Source of the DNA: Ignavibacteriota bacterium | Lineage (GTDB): Bacteria; Bacteroidota; Ignavibacteria; UBA10030 | Length of the DNA: 64,000 nt | Reading direction: 5' to 3' | Assembly: GCA_963727825.1 (NCBI GenBank) | Contig: CAVSHO010000009.1 | Location: 608,001-672,000, forward strand | Part shown: positions 29,135 to 40,719 of the stretch, piece by piece | Layout: each line of letters begins with the position of its first letter | Numbering within the stretch: the first letter of the stretch is position 1 | Notes under the pieces: generated by a model | Seen by the model: only the letters and a program-made list of their open reading frames with translations | What the model was told of the DNA's origin: nothing | Database searches by the model: none | Made by a program: the position numbers and the translations under genes

Positions 29135-29766
29135 TGTCAACGAACCATCTGCCTCAGCTTCAACTACTTTTTAATAAGTATGGAAACAAAAAACATCCGC
29201 TGGATTATGCAAATATTTATCAGCTTGTGATAATGGTAGTGCTTTCCGCACAGACTACGGATGTAATTGTAAACAAATTGGCACCGGAACTATTCAAACA
29301 TTTTCCATCAATGAAGCATCTTGCAAAAGCGGATCCTGAAGAATTATTTCCGTTCATTAAATCTGTACGAGGATTTCGAAAAAAAGCAGATTGGCTCGTG
29401 CGAATTGCTAAAAACTTAGGTGATGAGAAGAAAATACAACTTACGATAAAAGAGCTAACGGAACTTCCAGGTATCGGCAGAAAATCGGCAAATGTGATTA
29501 TTCGTGAAGCTGGAGGAGCGCCTCAAGGCATCATTATTGATTTGCATGTTCTGCGGGTCATACCCCGGCTTGGTATTACCGCAGAAAACAAGCTCGATAA
29601 AATCGAAAAGGTGTTGATGGATCTTATTCCGAAGAGGTATTGGAATAAAGCGGGCATGTCGTTTTCCTATCTTGGCAGGGAATTGTGCAGACCAACAAAA
29701 CCAAACTGTTTAGAATGTGTTATGAACAATGTCTGTAAGTACTGTAAAGATAATAAACTTGTCTAA
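29134..29766 (+). CDS. nth: Endonuclease III
   Basis: VLSAQTTD, LPGIGRKSANV (HhH), IDLHV, C-x6-C-x2-C-x5-C Fe-S motif. Confidence 0.9.
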   Translation: MSTNHLPQLQLLFNKYGNKKHPLDYANIYQLVIMVVLSAQTTDVIVNKLAPELFKHFPSMKHLAKADPEELFPFIKSVRGFRKKADWLVRIAKNLGDEKKIQLTIKELTELPGIGRKSANVIIREAGGAPQGIIIDLHVLRVIPRLGITAENKLDKIEKVLMDLIPKRYWNKAGMSFSYLGRELCRPTKPNCLECVMNNVCKYCKDNKLV

Positions 29767-29888
29767 ATGCACAATTGGGTGAGGAGAACTAATTGAGAAA
29801 TTAACATATAAGATGTGTTTGAAACTTATACCTCTTTTCCGTACTATCGAAGGAAAACAATGCCTGCCACAACAAATGTACGTGAACT

Positions 29889-32368
29889 ATGAAAAAGAAA
29901 ACCGTCATTCAAACAATTCGTTATAAATCTGCGCCTGTCCATAAACCATTGCAAATACACAAATTGCGCTGGCAGTGTGATCCAAAATCGCTTGGTATAA
30001 AAACCACAAACGACATTCATCCGACACGCGAAATTATCGGGCAGGAACGTGCTCTTCGTGCATTGCGCGTCGGATTGGAGATGGAACACGACGGATATAA
30101 TATTTTTGTTACAGGCATCACAGGCACTGGACGAACAACTACTATAAAGCGCCTTCTGCAGGACTTTGAGAAGAAACCCGCTCAGTTGAAAGACCACTGT
30201 TATGTGTATAATTTTAAGAACCCGGATACGCCTATTGCCATCTCTCTTCCTTCCGGCCAGGGACGCGGACTTAAGCAGGATATGGAAAATTTTATAAAAG
30301 AATTATTGCGAGATATCCCTGCGATCTATGAAAGCCAACGTTACCAGCAGGCACGCAAGAAATTAGTAACTCATTTTCAGGAACGGCAGAAAAGCGTTCT
30401 TAAGGATTTTGAACGTCGTGTAAAGGAACACGGTTTTGATCTAGTACAAGTGCAAGCTGGCAATTCAATGCGTCCAGACATTGTCCCAGTAGTAAACGGA
30501 ACACCTATGGGATTAGATCAAATAGAAGCACTTGTTCAGAAAAATGAGTTTAGCAAAGAACAATTTGATACCATGCGCGATGTATTAACGGATTTAGAAA
30601 AACAAATGGCAATTGTCTTCCGCGAACTGCGAAATATCGAAAAAAAGGTACAGGTATCGTTAAGCGAATTGGAGGAACAGCTTGTCATGCCGGCGGTTGA
30701 CGAAGCAATGGGTATTTTAAATGCAACATATGAACATCCAAAATTACGTTCGTATTTTGAAGAAGCACGAATGAGCATTCGAAATAATCTTGACCGATTT
30801 CGCAAACAACAGATAAATCTTCCATCTCAGGATGCGCAACAGGAAGAAGATAGTGAAGAAAAAAAAGAAGAAGATCGGTTTTTAGAGTTTCAGGTCAATG
30901 TGTTAGTAGATAATTCAGAAACACAGCATGTTTCGATTGTTATTGAAACAAATCCAAAATATAAAAACATATTCGGCATTGTGGAACGTGACATTGAGAA
31001 AGGCGGTGTATGGCGCACCGACTTTACTAAAATTAAAGCCGGTTCGCTTCTGCGTGCTGATGGCGGATACCTTGTTCTTAACGCGCTTGATGTACTCATC
31101 GAGCCGGGTGTTTGGCAAGATTTAAAACGTACACTGCGTACCGGGTTGATTGATATTCAAACGTATGAACCGTTGTTTGGATTTGCCGCTGCAAGCTTAA
31201 AGCCGGAACCGATTGAGATTAATGTGAAAGTGATTATGATCGGTGAAACGGAACTATACAACCTTTTATATTTTCGCGATGAGGACTTTAAAAGACTTTT
31301 AAAATTCGTGCGGACTTTGATTTTGAAATGCCTAAAACAAAAGGCACTGTGGCGCAGTACATACGCTTCGTTAAAATGGTTTGCGATGACGAAAAATTGC
31401 TGCCGTTCAGTTCCTCCGCCCTAACACAAATCGTCGAGTTTGGTGTACGCCTTGCGGGACACCGACAAAAGATTTCTACCCGCTTCAATATCATTGCCGA
31501 CGTAGCACGTGAAGCCAGTTACTGGGCGCGAAAAGAACAAGCCGAGATTGTTCTCTGCAATCACGTGGAGCGAGCTTTGGATGAACGCATCTATCGTGTA
31601 AAATTGGTAGAAGAAAAAATTCAAGAAATGATATACAACGGCACGATTATGATCGACACAGAGGGCGCACAAATAGGGCAGGTGAACGGTCTCTCGGTGT
31701 ACGACATTGGCGAATATGAGTTTGGTAAACCATCCCGTATCACAGCGCGCACATCGCTTGGACGTAATGGTATTATAAACATAGAGCGCGATGCTGAATT
31801 AAGCGGCCCTACACACAACAAGGGCGTAGCTATTCTCAGCGGATATTTCCGAAGTACGTTTGCGCAAAACAAACCGCTGATAATGGACGCAAGTATTACA
31901 TTCGAACAATCGTATGGCGGCGTCGACGGTGACAGCGCCTCTTCTACAGAAATCTATGCTATCCTTTCCAGCCTTTCAGAAGTTCCAATTCGTCAAGACA
32001 TTGCCGTAACCGGTTCGGTAAATCAGAAAGGTGAAATTCAACCGATTGGCGGAGTGAATCTTAAAATCGAAGGATTCTACAATGTCTGTAAAGCACGTGG
32101 ATTAACTGGCAAACAAGGTGTTATTATTCCGATCCAAAATGTAGACGATTTAATGCTACGTGAAGAAGTGTATGAAGCCGTTGATAAAAAGAAGTTTTCA
32201 ATTTATGCTATCAAATCCATCGATGAGGGAATAGAAATTCTTACTGGATTGAAAGCAGGAAAAAAGAAATCCGACAATACTTTTGAATCCGGCACCATCA
32301 ACGCACTTGCTGATGAGAAACTTCAGCGCTATGCTGGTGACTGGAAAAAGTTTGAAAGTCGAATTTAG
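29889..32368 (+). CDS. LonC-like protease (AAA-like + Lon_C), split by a -1 frameshift near 31290-31304
   Basis: IIGQERA, GTGRTT, GGYLVL in ORF 29889-31424; the -1 frame continues KIRADFDFEM...GQVNGL, FEQSYGGVDGDSAS (Ser), NLKIEGF (Lys). Confidence 0.88.
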
Positions 32369-32413
32369 ATATTTTCTGCTAATAATAGAGCATTTAAAAA
32401 ATACCAATACAAT

Positions 32414-33415
32414 ATGAATGCTGCGCGCAACGCACTTCAAATAATTTTTCTACTTTTACTCATCCTCATCGCAGGCACATTGGGGTATCATTTCATTGAG
32501 GGCTGGTCACTCTTTGATTCATTGTATATGTCGGTGATCACGCTTGCCACAGTCGGTTATAGCGAGACCCATCCACTGTCCATACCCGGACGTGTCTTTA
32601 CTATTTTTTTAATTTTAGGCGGCATGGGCATTATCCTCTACGGCATATCGGAAATAACACAATTCATCGTGCAAGGAGGCATAAACGGAATTCTTAGGAG
32701 ACGAAAAATGGAACGCACCATTAAAAAAATTTCACATCATTATATTCTTTGCGGCGCTGGAAAAAACGGACACTATGTTTTGGAAGAACTTATTAGGACA
32801 AAACGGAAGGTCGTAGCTGTTGAGAAAGATCCTAAAAAAGTGCAGGCTCTTATCAACCAAGGTATTCCGACTATTGAAGGCGATGCTTCAAGCGACAATG
32901 TTCTTCATTCGGCAGGCATAAATCGCGCTATTGGTCTTGTAAGCACATTACCGGAAGATAAAGATAATCTATTTGTTGTTATCACAGCGCGTGGATTGAA
33001 TCCAAAGCTTCGCATAGTGGCAAAAGTAGATGATATTGAAGTGAGAGAGAAATTTTTCCGCAGCGGTGCTAATTCGGCTGTATCTGCTCCATACATTGGC
33101 GGCTTGCGAATGGCATCTGAATTGATACGTCCGGATACGACAACATTTTTAGACTCGATGATGCGTGATAGTTCAGCGCTGCGTGTAGATGAAGTGAAGA
33201 TTGGCTCAACAACAAGCTATCGCGGCAAAACAATAGAAAACTGCGATGTAATTGCATCTTCTGACGTCGTGCTTGTTTCTATGCGGCGCGGAATGGATGA
33301 ACAGGATTTCATCTTCAATCCTCCGCTAAGTACTATCCTCAACACGGGTGATACACTTATCTTCATCGGCAATCCGGAGCAACTTGAAATCCTGAGAGCA
33401 AAGTTATCAAAGTAA
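32414..33415 (+). CDS. Potassium channel protein with TrkA-N/TrkA-C (RCK) domains
   Basis: 2-TM pore with TLATVGYSE filter, HYILCGAGKNG, GDTLIFIG. Confidence 0.9.
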   Translation: MNAARNALQIIFLLLLILIAGTLGYHFIEGWSLFDSLYMSVITLATVGYSETHPLSIPGRVFTIFLILGGMGIILYGISEITQFIVQGGINGILRRRKMERTIKKISHHYILCGAGKNGHYVLEELIRTKRKVVAVEKDPKKVQALINQGIPTIEGDASSDNVLHSAGINRAIGLVSTLPEDKDNLFVVITARGLNPKLRIVAKVDDIEVREKFFRSGANSAVSAPYIGGLRMASELIRPDTTTFLDSMMRDSSALRVDEVKIGSTTSYRGKTIENCDVIASSDVVLVSMRRGMDEQDFIFNPPLSTILNTGDTLIFIGNPEQLEILRAKLSK

Positions 33416-33470
33416 CAATTTCTATGGTATTCCCCTGACGGAAAAAATATCTTTACAGAAAGGCTGTCTT

Positions 33471-33842
33471 ATGCCAACATTTATTCCAGCGCCATCGATC
33501 ATCAAAGCTGCCGGCAATATACCAAAGGTCATTGAAGAATTCATAGGTAGAATCAATACCAGTACAAATGGTTTGAGCATTGCACGCATGAAAAGTCCCA
33601 GCGGATGGATAGAACCCGGTCAAACACCTGAATTTGACGAGTACACAATAGTCCTTTATGGCACTTTGCGTGTCAAGACAAAAACTGGGTCAAATGATGT
33701 CGCTGCAGGTCAAGCAATTGTCGTTACAAAGGGAGAATGGGTTCAGTACAGCTCTCCGGAACCAGGCGGCGCAGAATATATTGCCGTCTGTCAGCCGGCT
33801 TTTTCACCCGATAATGTACATAGAGATATTGGTTCAAATTAA
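33471..33842 (+). CDS. Cupin (EutQ-like) protein
   Basis: EPGQTPEFDEYTIVL.G, GEWVQYS, PAFSP. Confidence 0.8.
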   Translation: MPTFIPAPSIIKAAGNIPKVIEEFIGRINTSTNGLSIARMKSPSGWIEPGQTPEFDEYTIVLYGTLRVKTKTGSNDVAAGQAIVVTKGEWVQYSSPEPGGAEYIAVCQPAFSPDNVHRDIGSN

Positions 33843-33888
33843 TTTTGAACGTCATAATTGATTCCTTAACTATTGTGGAGATTTTTTT

Positions 33889-35208
33889 ATGGATGCACTT
33901 TTACTCGCGCGGTTGCAATTCGCGTTTACCATTGGATTTCATTTCCTTTTTCCCCCGATCTCCATCGGACTTGCATGGCTATTAGTGATCATGGAAGGAC
34001 TTGGATGGCAAAGAAAAGATGAAGTGTACGTGCGTATGGGCAAGTTCTTTGGGAAATTACTCGCATTAACGTTTGCAGTCGGTGTGGCGACCGGTATTGT
34101 TATGGAATTTCAATTTGGGACTAACTGGGCTGTATATTCAAAATTTGTTGGTGATATTTTCGGCGCACCGCTTGCCGCTGAAGGTATATTTGCTTTTTTC
34201 CTCGAATCGGGTTTCCTCGGACTCTATCTTTTTGGACGCAACAAAGTTTCTAAGAGTGTTCATTGGTTCTCAATTCTAATGGTAGCAGTTGGTGCGACTA
34301 TCTCTGCATTCTGGATTATCGTAGCAAATTCCTGGCAGCAAACTCCGGCGGGATATATTCTCAGAAACGGAAGAGCAGAACTTACCAGCTTTTACGAAGC
34401 TGTCTTTAATCCATCGACTGTGATTCGTTATTTCCACACTGTAGATGCCGCGTTGATTACTGGAGCTTTTTTTGTAGCAGGTATTGCAGCTTATCTCATC
34501 TTAAAAGGAAAAGAAACCGAACTTGCCCAACGTGCGCTGAAGATTGCCGTTATTTTTGGATTAATTACTTCTCTGCTTGAGCTGATGCCTTTGGGCCATG
34601 AACACGCAAGGCAAGTAGCACACACACAACCCGAAAAATTTGCTGCTATTGAAGGGCTCTATGCAACGCAATCCGGAGCACCGCTTGTCTTCTTTGCAAT
34701 TCCATTCACTAAACCGCCAGAACTAAAAGCAAAAATGGAATTATCAGGACTTCTCAGCTGGATGGCATTTGGCGATGTCAATGCAAAGATTAAAGGCATT
34801 AATGAATTTCCGCCTGAAAATATTCCACCGCTCTGGCTGACATTCGTTTCATTTCACAATATGGTTGTGTTGGGGATGTACTTTATCGCGGTTACACTTT
34901 ATGCTTTCATACAACTTCGCAGGAGAAAATTATTTGAAACGAAGTGGCTGCTGAGGATTTTCGTGTGGTCTATTCCCCTGCCGCTTGCAGCCTGCCAGCT
35001 TGGATGGATTGCAACCGAGGTCGGCCGTCAGCCATGGATTGTGTACCATTTATTAAAAACATCGGAAGCATATTCGGCGACTGTAACTGTAAGTGAAATT
35101 GTATTCTCAATTATTCTATTTGGTATAATTTATTTATTGCTTGGTGTTTTGTATGTCTATATTCTCGTACGGGAAGTAAAACATGGACCGCAACATACAC
35201 ACGCTTAG
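33889..35208 (+). CDS. cydA: Cytochrome bd oxidase subunit I
   Basis: ARLQFAFTIGFH, GVATGIVMEFQFGTNW, QPEKFAAIEG, EVGRQPW. Confidence 0.96.
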   Translation: MDALLLARLQFAFTIGFHFLFPPISIGLAWLLVIMEGLGWQRKDEVYVRMGKFFGKLLALTFAVGVATGIVMEFQFGTNWAVYSKFVGDIFGAPLAAEGIFAFFLESGFLGLYLFGRNKVSKSVHWFSILMVAVGATISAFWIIVANSWQQTPAGYILRNGRAELTSFYEAVFNPSTVIRYFHTVDAALITGAFFVAGIAAYLILKGKETELAQRALKIAVIFGLITSLLELMPLGHEHARQVAHTQPEKFAAIEGLYATQSGAPLVFFAIPFTKPPELKAKMELSGLLSWMAFGDVNAKIKGINEFPPENIPPLWLTFVSFHNMVVLGMYFIAVTLYAFIQLRRRKLFETKWLLRIFVWSIPLPLAACQLGWIATEVGRQPWIVYHLLKTSEAYSATVTVSEIVFSIILFGIIYLLLGVLYVYILVREVKHGPQHTHA

Positions 35209-35220
35209 GAGCTTCTGAAA

Positions 35221-36237
35221 ATGAATTTGAACACGATTTGGTTTTGCCTTATAGGTGGATTGATAATCGGCTATGCCATTTTGGATGGATTTGATTTCGG
35301 TATCGGTATTTTGTCACTATTTGAGCGCGATGAAAAAAAACGTCGTATTCACTTCAATGCTATCGGTCCTGTATGGGATGGAAACGAAGTCTGGCTCCTC
35401 ACCGGCGGGGGTGCATTGTTTGCGGCATTTCCGGCTGTCTATGCAACAGTGTTCAGCGGCTTTTATCTTGCGTTAATGTTATTATTAGCTGCACTTATCT
35501 TCCGCGCAGTATCTTTCGAATTCCGCAATAAGGTTGATTCACCAACTTGGCGGAGTGCATGGGATTGGGCATTCGGACTCGGAAGTCTTCTTCCAGCTCT
35601 TCTCTTTGGTGTTGCAATTGGGAATATTCTTCGCGGTGTACCGATTGATGCAAATGGAAATTATCTGGGAACGTTTTTAGACTTACTTAATCCTTATTCC
35701 ATCGGTGTTGGTATATTGAGTTCAATACTCTTTACGATGCATGGCGCGATCTATCTTGCGACAAAATCAGAAGGCGGTCTGCGTGACCGATGCCAGAAGT
35801 TGGCATCATCTCTGTGGGTGGTTTATGTAATGATCTATGTTATTATATCGGTGTGGACTTGGCTGGCGTCTTCATTTCTATTCAAGGATTTACTCGGCAA
35901 TTCATTATTCTACATTTTTATCATTGCATTGTTCGGATGTATAGTGTATCTGCCGATTCCTTTAAAGGCAGGAAAATTTCAACGCGCATTCGTCTTTTCG
36001 TCATTGATTATTGCAGCGATGTTAGGTCAAATGGCGCTCAGTCTTTATCCGAGGCTTGTGCCGTCATCTATCGATCTAAATTATAGTCTTACAATCTACA
36101 ACTCGTCATCCAGTCCATTAACTTTACAGACAATGTTGGTTATTGCCGTTCTGGGTGTGCCAATAGTGATTGCATATTCTATTTTCATTCACTATGTTTT
36201 TCGCGGGAAAGTTGAAATCACCGAAGAAAGTTATTAA
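35221..36237 (+). CDS. cydB: Cytochrome bd oxidase subunit II
   Basis: LDGFDFGIG, IGPVWDGNEVWL, RAVSFEFR. Confidence 0.96.
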   Translation: MNLNTIWFCLIGGLIIGYAILDGFDFGIGILSLFERDEKKRRIHFNAIGPVWDGNEVWLLTGGGALFAAFPAVYATVFSGFYLALMLLLAALIFRAVSFEFRNKVDSPTWRSAWDWAFGLGSLLPALLFGVAIGNILRGVPIDANGNYLGTFLDLLNPYSIGVGILSSILFTMHGAIYLATKSEGGLRDRCQKLASSLWVVYVMIYVIISVWTWLASSFLFKDLLGNSLFYIFIIALFGCIVYLPIPLKAGKFQRAFVFSSLIIAAMLGQMALSLYPRLVPSSIDLNYSLTIYNSSSSPLTLQTMLVIAVLGVPIVIAYSIFIHYVFRGKVEITEESY

Positions 36238-36264
36238 GGAAGTTTGTTCTGGTAATATGCATGC

Positions 36265-36287
36265 TGTCAGGACCTTTTGTTCTGACG
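36265..36287. repeat. Degenerate GTCAGGA-family palindrome
   Basis: TGTCAGGACCTTTTGTTCTGACG, similar to the 22117 and 22175 copies. Confidence 0.45.
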
Positions 36288-36326
36288 GTTATTTGTTTAA
36301 AGGAATTAAGAAGCGAGTAGAATGCT

Positions 36327-36737
36327 TTACTCAAACGCGGCAAAATTATATACATGACTTGTCATATCTATTACCGATGAAATATAATCCTTGCTCAACC
36401 TAAATTCTGCAGCGTACTGTTTGAGAAGATCTTGTTCCGATACTGCAAAATCCCGATCAACTTGTGCAAGGTCGTACAAAAGATGGTATGTTATCCTTTT
36501 TTGTTCATCGTTCAATCTTGCCGATACAACTTTGATACAAACATCAAGAGGCCGTTCATTATAGAAGCTGAATGCATTTAAAAACGCCGACTCATCCGTA
36601 TGAATCAAATTGCGAAGCTTTTCTAATTCTTCTTCTTTGAATACTTCATCGATTCCTGCCATTGTAATTGCTGCAAGACATAAAGCCATCTTAGCGGATA
36701 ACCCGGATTCTTCCTCTGATGTCGAATTTGTAACCAT
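36327..36737 (-). CDS. TerB-like (tellurite resistance family) protein
   Basis: AITMAGID...EE...LAQVDRDFAVSEQDLL pattern. Confidence 0.7.
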   Translation of the reverse strand: MVTNSTSEEESGLSAKMALCLAAITMAGIDEVFKEEELEKLRNLIHTDESAFLNAFSFYNERPLDVCIKVVSARLNDEQKRITYHLLYDLAQVDRDFAVSEQDLLKQYAAEFRLSKDYISSVIDMTSHVYNFAAFE

Positions 36738-36817
36738 TATTGTGTTTTCCTAGAAAGTAAGAATTATGATTGCAAATTAAATTGATGTGCTGTTAATATA
36801 AACAAATTCTTCTAATT

Positions 36818-37700
36818 TTACGCAAGCATCAATAATATAAACAGTAATAAAAGAAATAGAAGGGAGAAATAGAAAATCCTGCGCGCAGCATTGGGTGATT
36901 TATTATGAAAGAATGCAATTCCTATGGTTAGAAAGGATATTGACAAGATCAGTGCACCAATAAAATATACGTACCCGGTAAAACCTACTAACGTTGGCAT
37001 CAATGAAGCCGGTACAAGTGCGCAGCAATATACAAGAATCTGCCGGCTTGTGATTTCTCCAGTTTGATCTAAAACGACCAGTATTTTATATCCGGCACGC
37101 GCATAGTCCTTACGATACATCCAAGACAATGACAGGAAATGCGGCATTTGCCAAAAGAATAAAACGAAAAAGAGCGACCATGCTTCCATTGATACCCTGC
37201 CTTGTACAACCGCCCATCCAATGAGCGGCGGTAATGCTCCAGGAATACCACCAACAACTGTCGCAAAAGGCGTCAATCTTTTTAATGGAGTATAGATTGC
37301 CAGATAACTGAACCAGCGTTAACACTGAAAGTGAAACAGCAATCCAATTTGTGAATAGTGCAAGATAGGATAGTCCGGAAATGCAGAGAATGACCCCAAA
37401 GAATAAAGCATCTGCCGGTTGAATGCGTCCGGCGGGAAGCGGACGATGTTCCGTCCGTTTCATCATTGCATCATATTGGCGTTCAATATATTGATTCAAT
37501 ACTCCGGCGGCACCGCCGACAAGCAGTGTCCCGATAAGCGTGTGAACGAGAAGTGAATAATGCATCGAACCATGAAGTGCTATATAGGCACTGCCGACAG
37601 CTGTTGACACAGAAAGTAGTGTCAATTCGGGTTTCATTAACATGATATAATCAGAGATAGACTGCGAGCGATGAAGAGCCATAGAATCAAAAATTTTCAC
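36818..37700 (-). CDS. cyoE: Heme o synthase (protoheme IX farnesyltransferase), frameshifted near 37311
   Basis: LMKP, NQYIER.YD.MMKRT.HRPLP; removing one base gives SYLAIYTPLKRLTP...GGIPGALPP...FWQMPHF. Confidence 0.9.
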
Positions 37701-39071
37701 GTTAGTTTCGCTCCACCCTGTAGAGATCGTGCAACTCTTCGCAGGATATAACGTGCAACGGAATCTGCTTCAAGCTGCCCGTAATCCCGGATTTTGCATC
37801 GGCGGATAATCAGGATTCTTTTTTGTGGGATGGAGAATGAACGAAACCAGCTCTGCTTTCTTCCCTTGGTATTTTGGTATCGTTTCAAAATAAGGCGGTC
37901 CAACTTTTTTCTTATCAAAGAGATGACACGATTCGCATCTGCTGTTATAAATCCCTTCCCCGGTGAACGATACCGTCGTTACTCCCAGCGTGGCTTTTAA
38001 ATCTTCAATAGATTTTTCATGAGAATTTGCCAGGCGCGTTACCTGATTGCGTGTTGCGGTACCAAAAGCAAGATTATCGCCTATTACTAACATTCCCGTT
38101 GCAAATAAAAACATTGCGAAACCTACGGCAAGCGAAACGGATTGCAGCGACTTGTGATATCCGTATATAAGATGCGCCGAGAGAAAAAAGAATATAATCG
38201 CCGTACCTGCAAGCGAATAGAATGACCCCGAGAGTGCTTCATTGGACATCATCGCAACATTCAATAACACCGAAGCCGGCAAAGCAATTAGTCCAACAAC
38301 ACTGAGACGTATGCCGAGCATTTTTGCTAGCACCGAATAATCTTCCCCATGATCTTTCCGTTTTTCCCATACAAATGAGAAAAAAAGTATCCCGATACCC
38401 GTTGTTCCAATACTTAAAAATAAAAGCTCGATGATTTTCAGCCAAACATTCAAGGAAACAATTACAGGAAATATGGAATCCAGATCCCTGTTGAGAGGGT
38501 TTAATGCGGTACTATTAGCGGCGGCATAGAGCGCAAACGATGCGCAAAGAAAAATTATTCCGTATCTTCCCGAACGAATATGTGCTTGTGTGTTTGATTC
38601 CTGATATGCTATTACAGCTTTATTCGATTGACCATGCGGCTGTTTCTTCAACAATTGTTGATAAGACCCAAGAAATTCTTGTACGCGAAAAGTGTATTTA
38701 TGGGAGTAAAGAAGAGCCATACCTGCGATAAGAAATAAGAACCCAAAGCCGGCGAGACTTGCACCCGGGGATTGTGTCCCCTGTAGGATTTGGGCATAAA
38801 CAAATACTAATGATAATCCCGGCAGAATAGAAAGAAAAATAATGAGACTTTTATTGAAGAGTGCGCGATCGATAAGGTCATGTGCAAATTGGAGAAAAAT
38901 AACATTATCATCTCTGTGCCCTCTATGGTTATACCACAAAGACAAAAGTGATGATCCTACTACAAAACCGAGATACGGAATAAATACAAGCGAACTGAGC
39001 GTCGCGACGAGCACGAGCAGATGAAAATGTTCCAGTGATTGAGGGATTGCAAAATCTTTGAGAAATTCCAT
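37697..39071 (-). CDS. Multi-TM membrane protein with C-terminal c-type cytochrome, frameshifted near 37772
   Basis: Many TM helices, CESCH, VGPP, YPPM; removing one base extends it with EADSVARYIL...LT to a stop at 37697 overlapping the cyoE start. Confidence 0.8.
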
Positions 39072-39075
39072 ATCG

Positions 39076-39735
39076 TTAATCCGGTTGCTTCACAATGTTG
39101 ACAAATGGCAGATAAGGCTTAGTCTGTTGTGCTGATATTTGCCGATACCAATGATCGAAGTCGGACGAATCCTGCGAGATAACTTTTGTATACATATAGG
39201 AATGATTAAGACCGCAGTATTCCGCACAGGCAATGTCGTAAGCAGCTTTTCGTACTGTTTTAAACCACATGACATTTTCACGATTAGGAATGACATCTTT
39301 TTTGATTCGAAATGATGGAATATAAAACGAATGATTGACATCCATTGAGTGGAGCGTACATTTAATCGGTGTATTCATCGGCACATACAGCGTATCGGTT
39401 TGTACACCATTAGGATATTCAAACGTCCATTTCCACATTTGAGCGGTTACTTTGATCGGAATCGCATTGTCCGGTACTTGTAGTTCTGTCAGGTACCCCC
39501 GCCATCCCATATAGAACATTCCCATAAAAAGGACAAGAGGAATAACTGTCCAAGTGATTTCGAGAGGAACATGACCTTCGATATTTGTAGGATGGGGATT
39601 TTTCTTGCGGCTATAGTGTATGATGAAGTACACCATCGCAATCAACAGTCCCAACAAGACGAGAAGAGAGATTCCCGTGATTGTCAAAAACGTTGTATCA
39701 ACAGAGTCCGAAAACGGAGATGATCCTGAATACAT
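39076..39735 (-). CDS. coxB: Cytochrome c oxidase subunit II
   Basis: LEITWT, DVNHSF, CAEYCGLNHSYM CuA motif. Confidence 0.95.
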   Translation of the reverse strand: MYSGSSPFSDSVDTTFLTITGISLLVLLGLLIAMVYFIIHYSRKKNPHPTNIEGHVPLEITWTVIPLVLFMGMFYMGWRGYLTELQVPDNAIPIKVTAQMWKWTFEYPNGVQTDTLYVPMNTPIKCTLHSMDVNHSFYIPSFRIKKDVIPNRENVMWFKTVRKAAYDIACAEYCGLNHSYMYTKVISQDSSDFDHWYRQISAQQTKPYLPFVNIVKQPD

Positions 39736-39749
39736 ATCAGTAATTCCGC

Positions 39750-40103
39750 TTAGTGAAAAGCATAGTCAAAAAAAGTTAACGAGATGAAGATGATAAATGT
39801 TGTTATCGCGACACCGACAAATATTCTGAATATCCGATCTTCATATTTCAAATGCATAAATATATTAACCACCAACATTGATTTAATAGAAGCAATGGTT
39901 AGTGCTGTGATAATTATCCAGCGGCCCATGTTCATGCCTGCAAACGATACAGTTGCACAGGTTAACGCGAGCAACCCCAGCCAGTTAAGTATGTACCTGC
40001 CGTAACCTATTGGCTGGTGTTGTTGATGGTCCTCTGATTGCACTGATTTATTATTCGTTTCAGTATTCATCGTTATTATGTCTTTTTCATTGTCGAAGTA
40101 CAC
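39750..40103 (-). CDS. Cytochrome c oxidase subunit IV
   Basis: IASIKSMLVVNIFMHLKYE; operon position. Confidence 0.88.
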   Translation of the reverse strand: MYFDNEKDIITMNTETNNKSVQSEDHQQHQPIGYGRYILNWLGLLALTCATVSFAGMNMGRWIIITALTIASIKSMLVVNIFMHLKYEDRIFRIFVGVAITTFIIFISLTFFDYAFH

Positions 40104-40104
40104 A

Positions 40105-40719
40105 TTAATGAATCAAGTAAAAGAGAGGAAATAAAAATATCCAAATGATATCCACCAGATGCCAATAGAGTCCGCCTGCTTCGAGCCGGACAAATGAATC
40201 CTTGTTGATCTTTCCGGTCTTAATAAATATCATCATGACTGAAAGAATAACCATTCCAATAACGACATGCAAAGCGTGCAGTCCTGTCATAACATAGTAT
40301 AATCCAAAATATAATATTTCTCCCTGGGGCTTGTTTACTAAATCCGGTGATTGAGGATAGATACCAAGAGAAATCTTATGGCTCCATTCAAAGTACTTAA
40401 TCACCAAAAACACCGAAGCAAATAGAATCGTAATCCCTACTAATGACATCGAAAGATTCTTTTTCCCTTTCTGAATAGCAGTGATCGACATAGCCACAGT
40501 CAAACTGCTTGTCAGCAGAATGATTGTATTTATTGTTCCTATGAACGGGTCAAGCTCCTCAGCTGCAAGACGAAATTCTTCCGGATGCTTAAAGCGGTAG
40601 ACCGCATAGATAATGAACATTCCTCCGAACAAGATTAACTCGCTGAAGAGGAACAACCATAATCCCATTCTCGAACCTACATCATCTCGGTGGCTATGCT
40701 CCATTGTTGTTGATATCAC
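40105..40719 (-). CDS. coxC: Cytochrome c oxidase subunit III
   Basis: WLFLFSE, NTIILLTSS, TGLHALHV, YWHLVDIIWI. Confidence 0.93.
   Translation of the reverse strand: MISTTMEHSHRDDVGSRMGLWLFLFSELILFGGMFIIYAVYRFKHPEEFRLAAEELDPFIGTINTIILLTSSLTVAMSITAIQKGKKNLSMSLVGITILFASVFLVIKYFEWSHKISLGIYPQSPDLVNKPQGEILYFGLYYVMTGLHALHVVIGMVILSVMMIFIKTGKINKDSFVRLEAGGLYWHLVDIIWIFLFPLFYLIH

Noticed and set aside
32540-32570. K+ filter TVGYS instead of TVGYG
   Set aside because: Such variants are common in RCK-containing bacterial channels and are not notable on their own.
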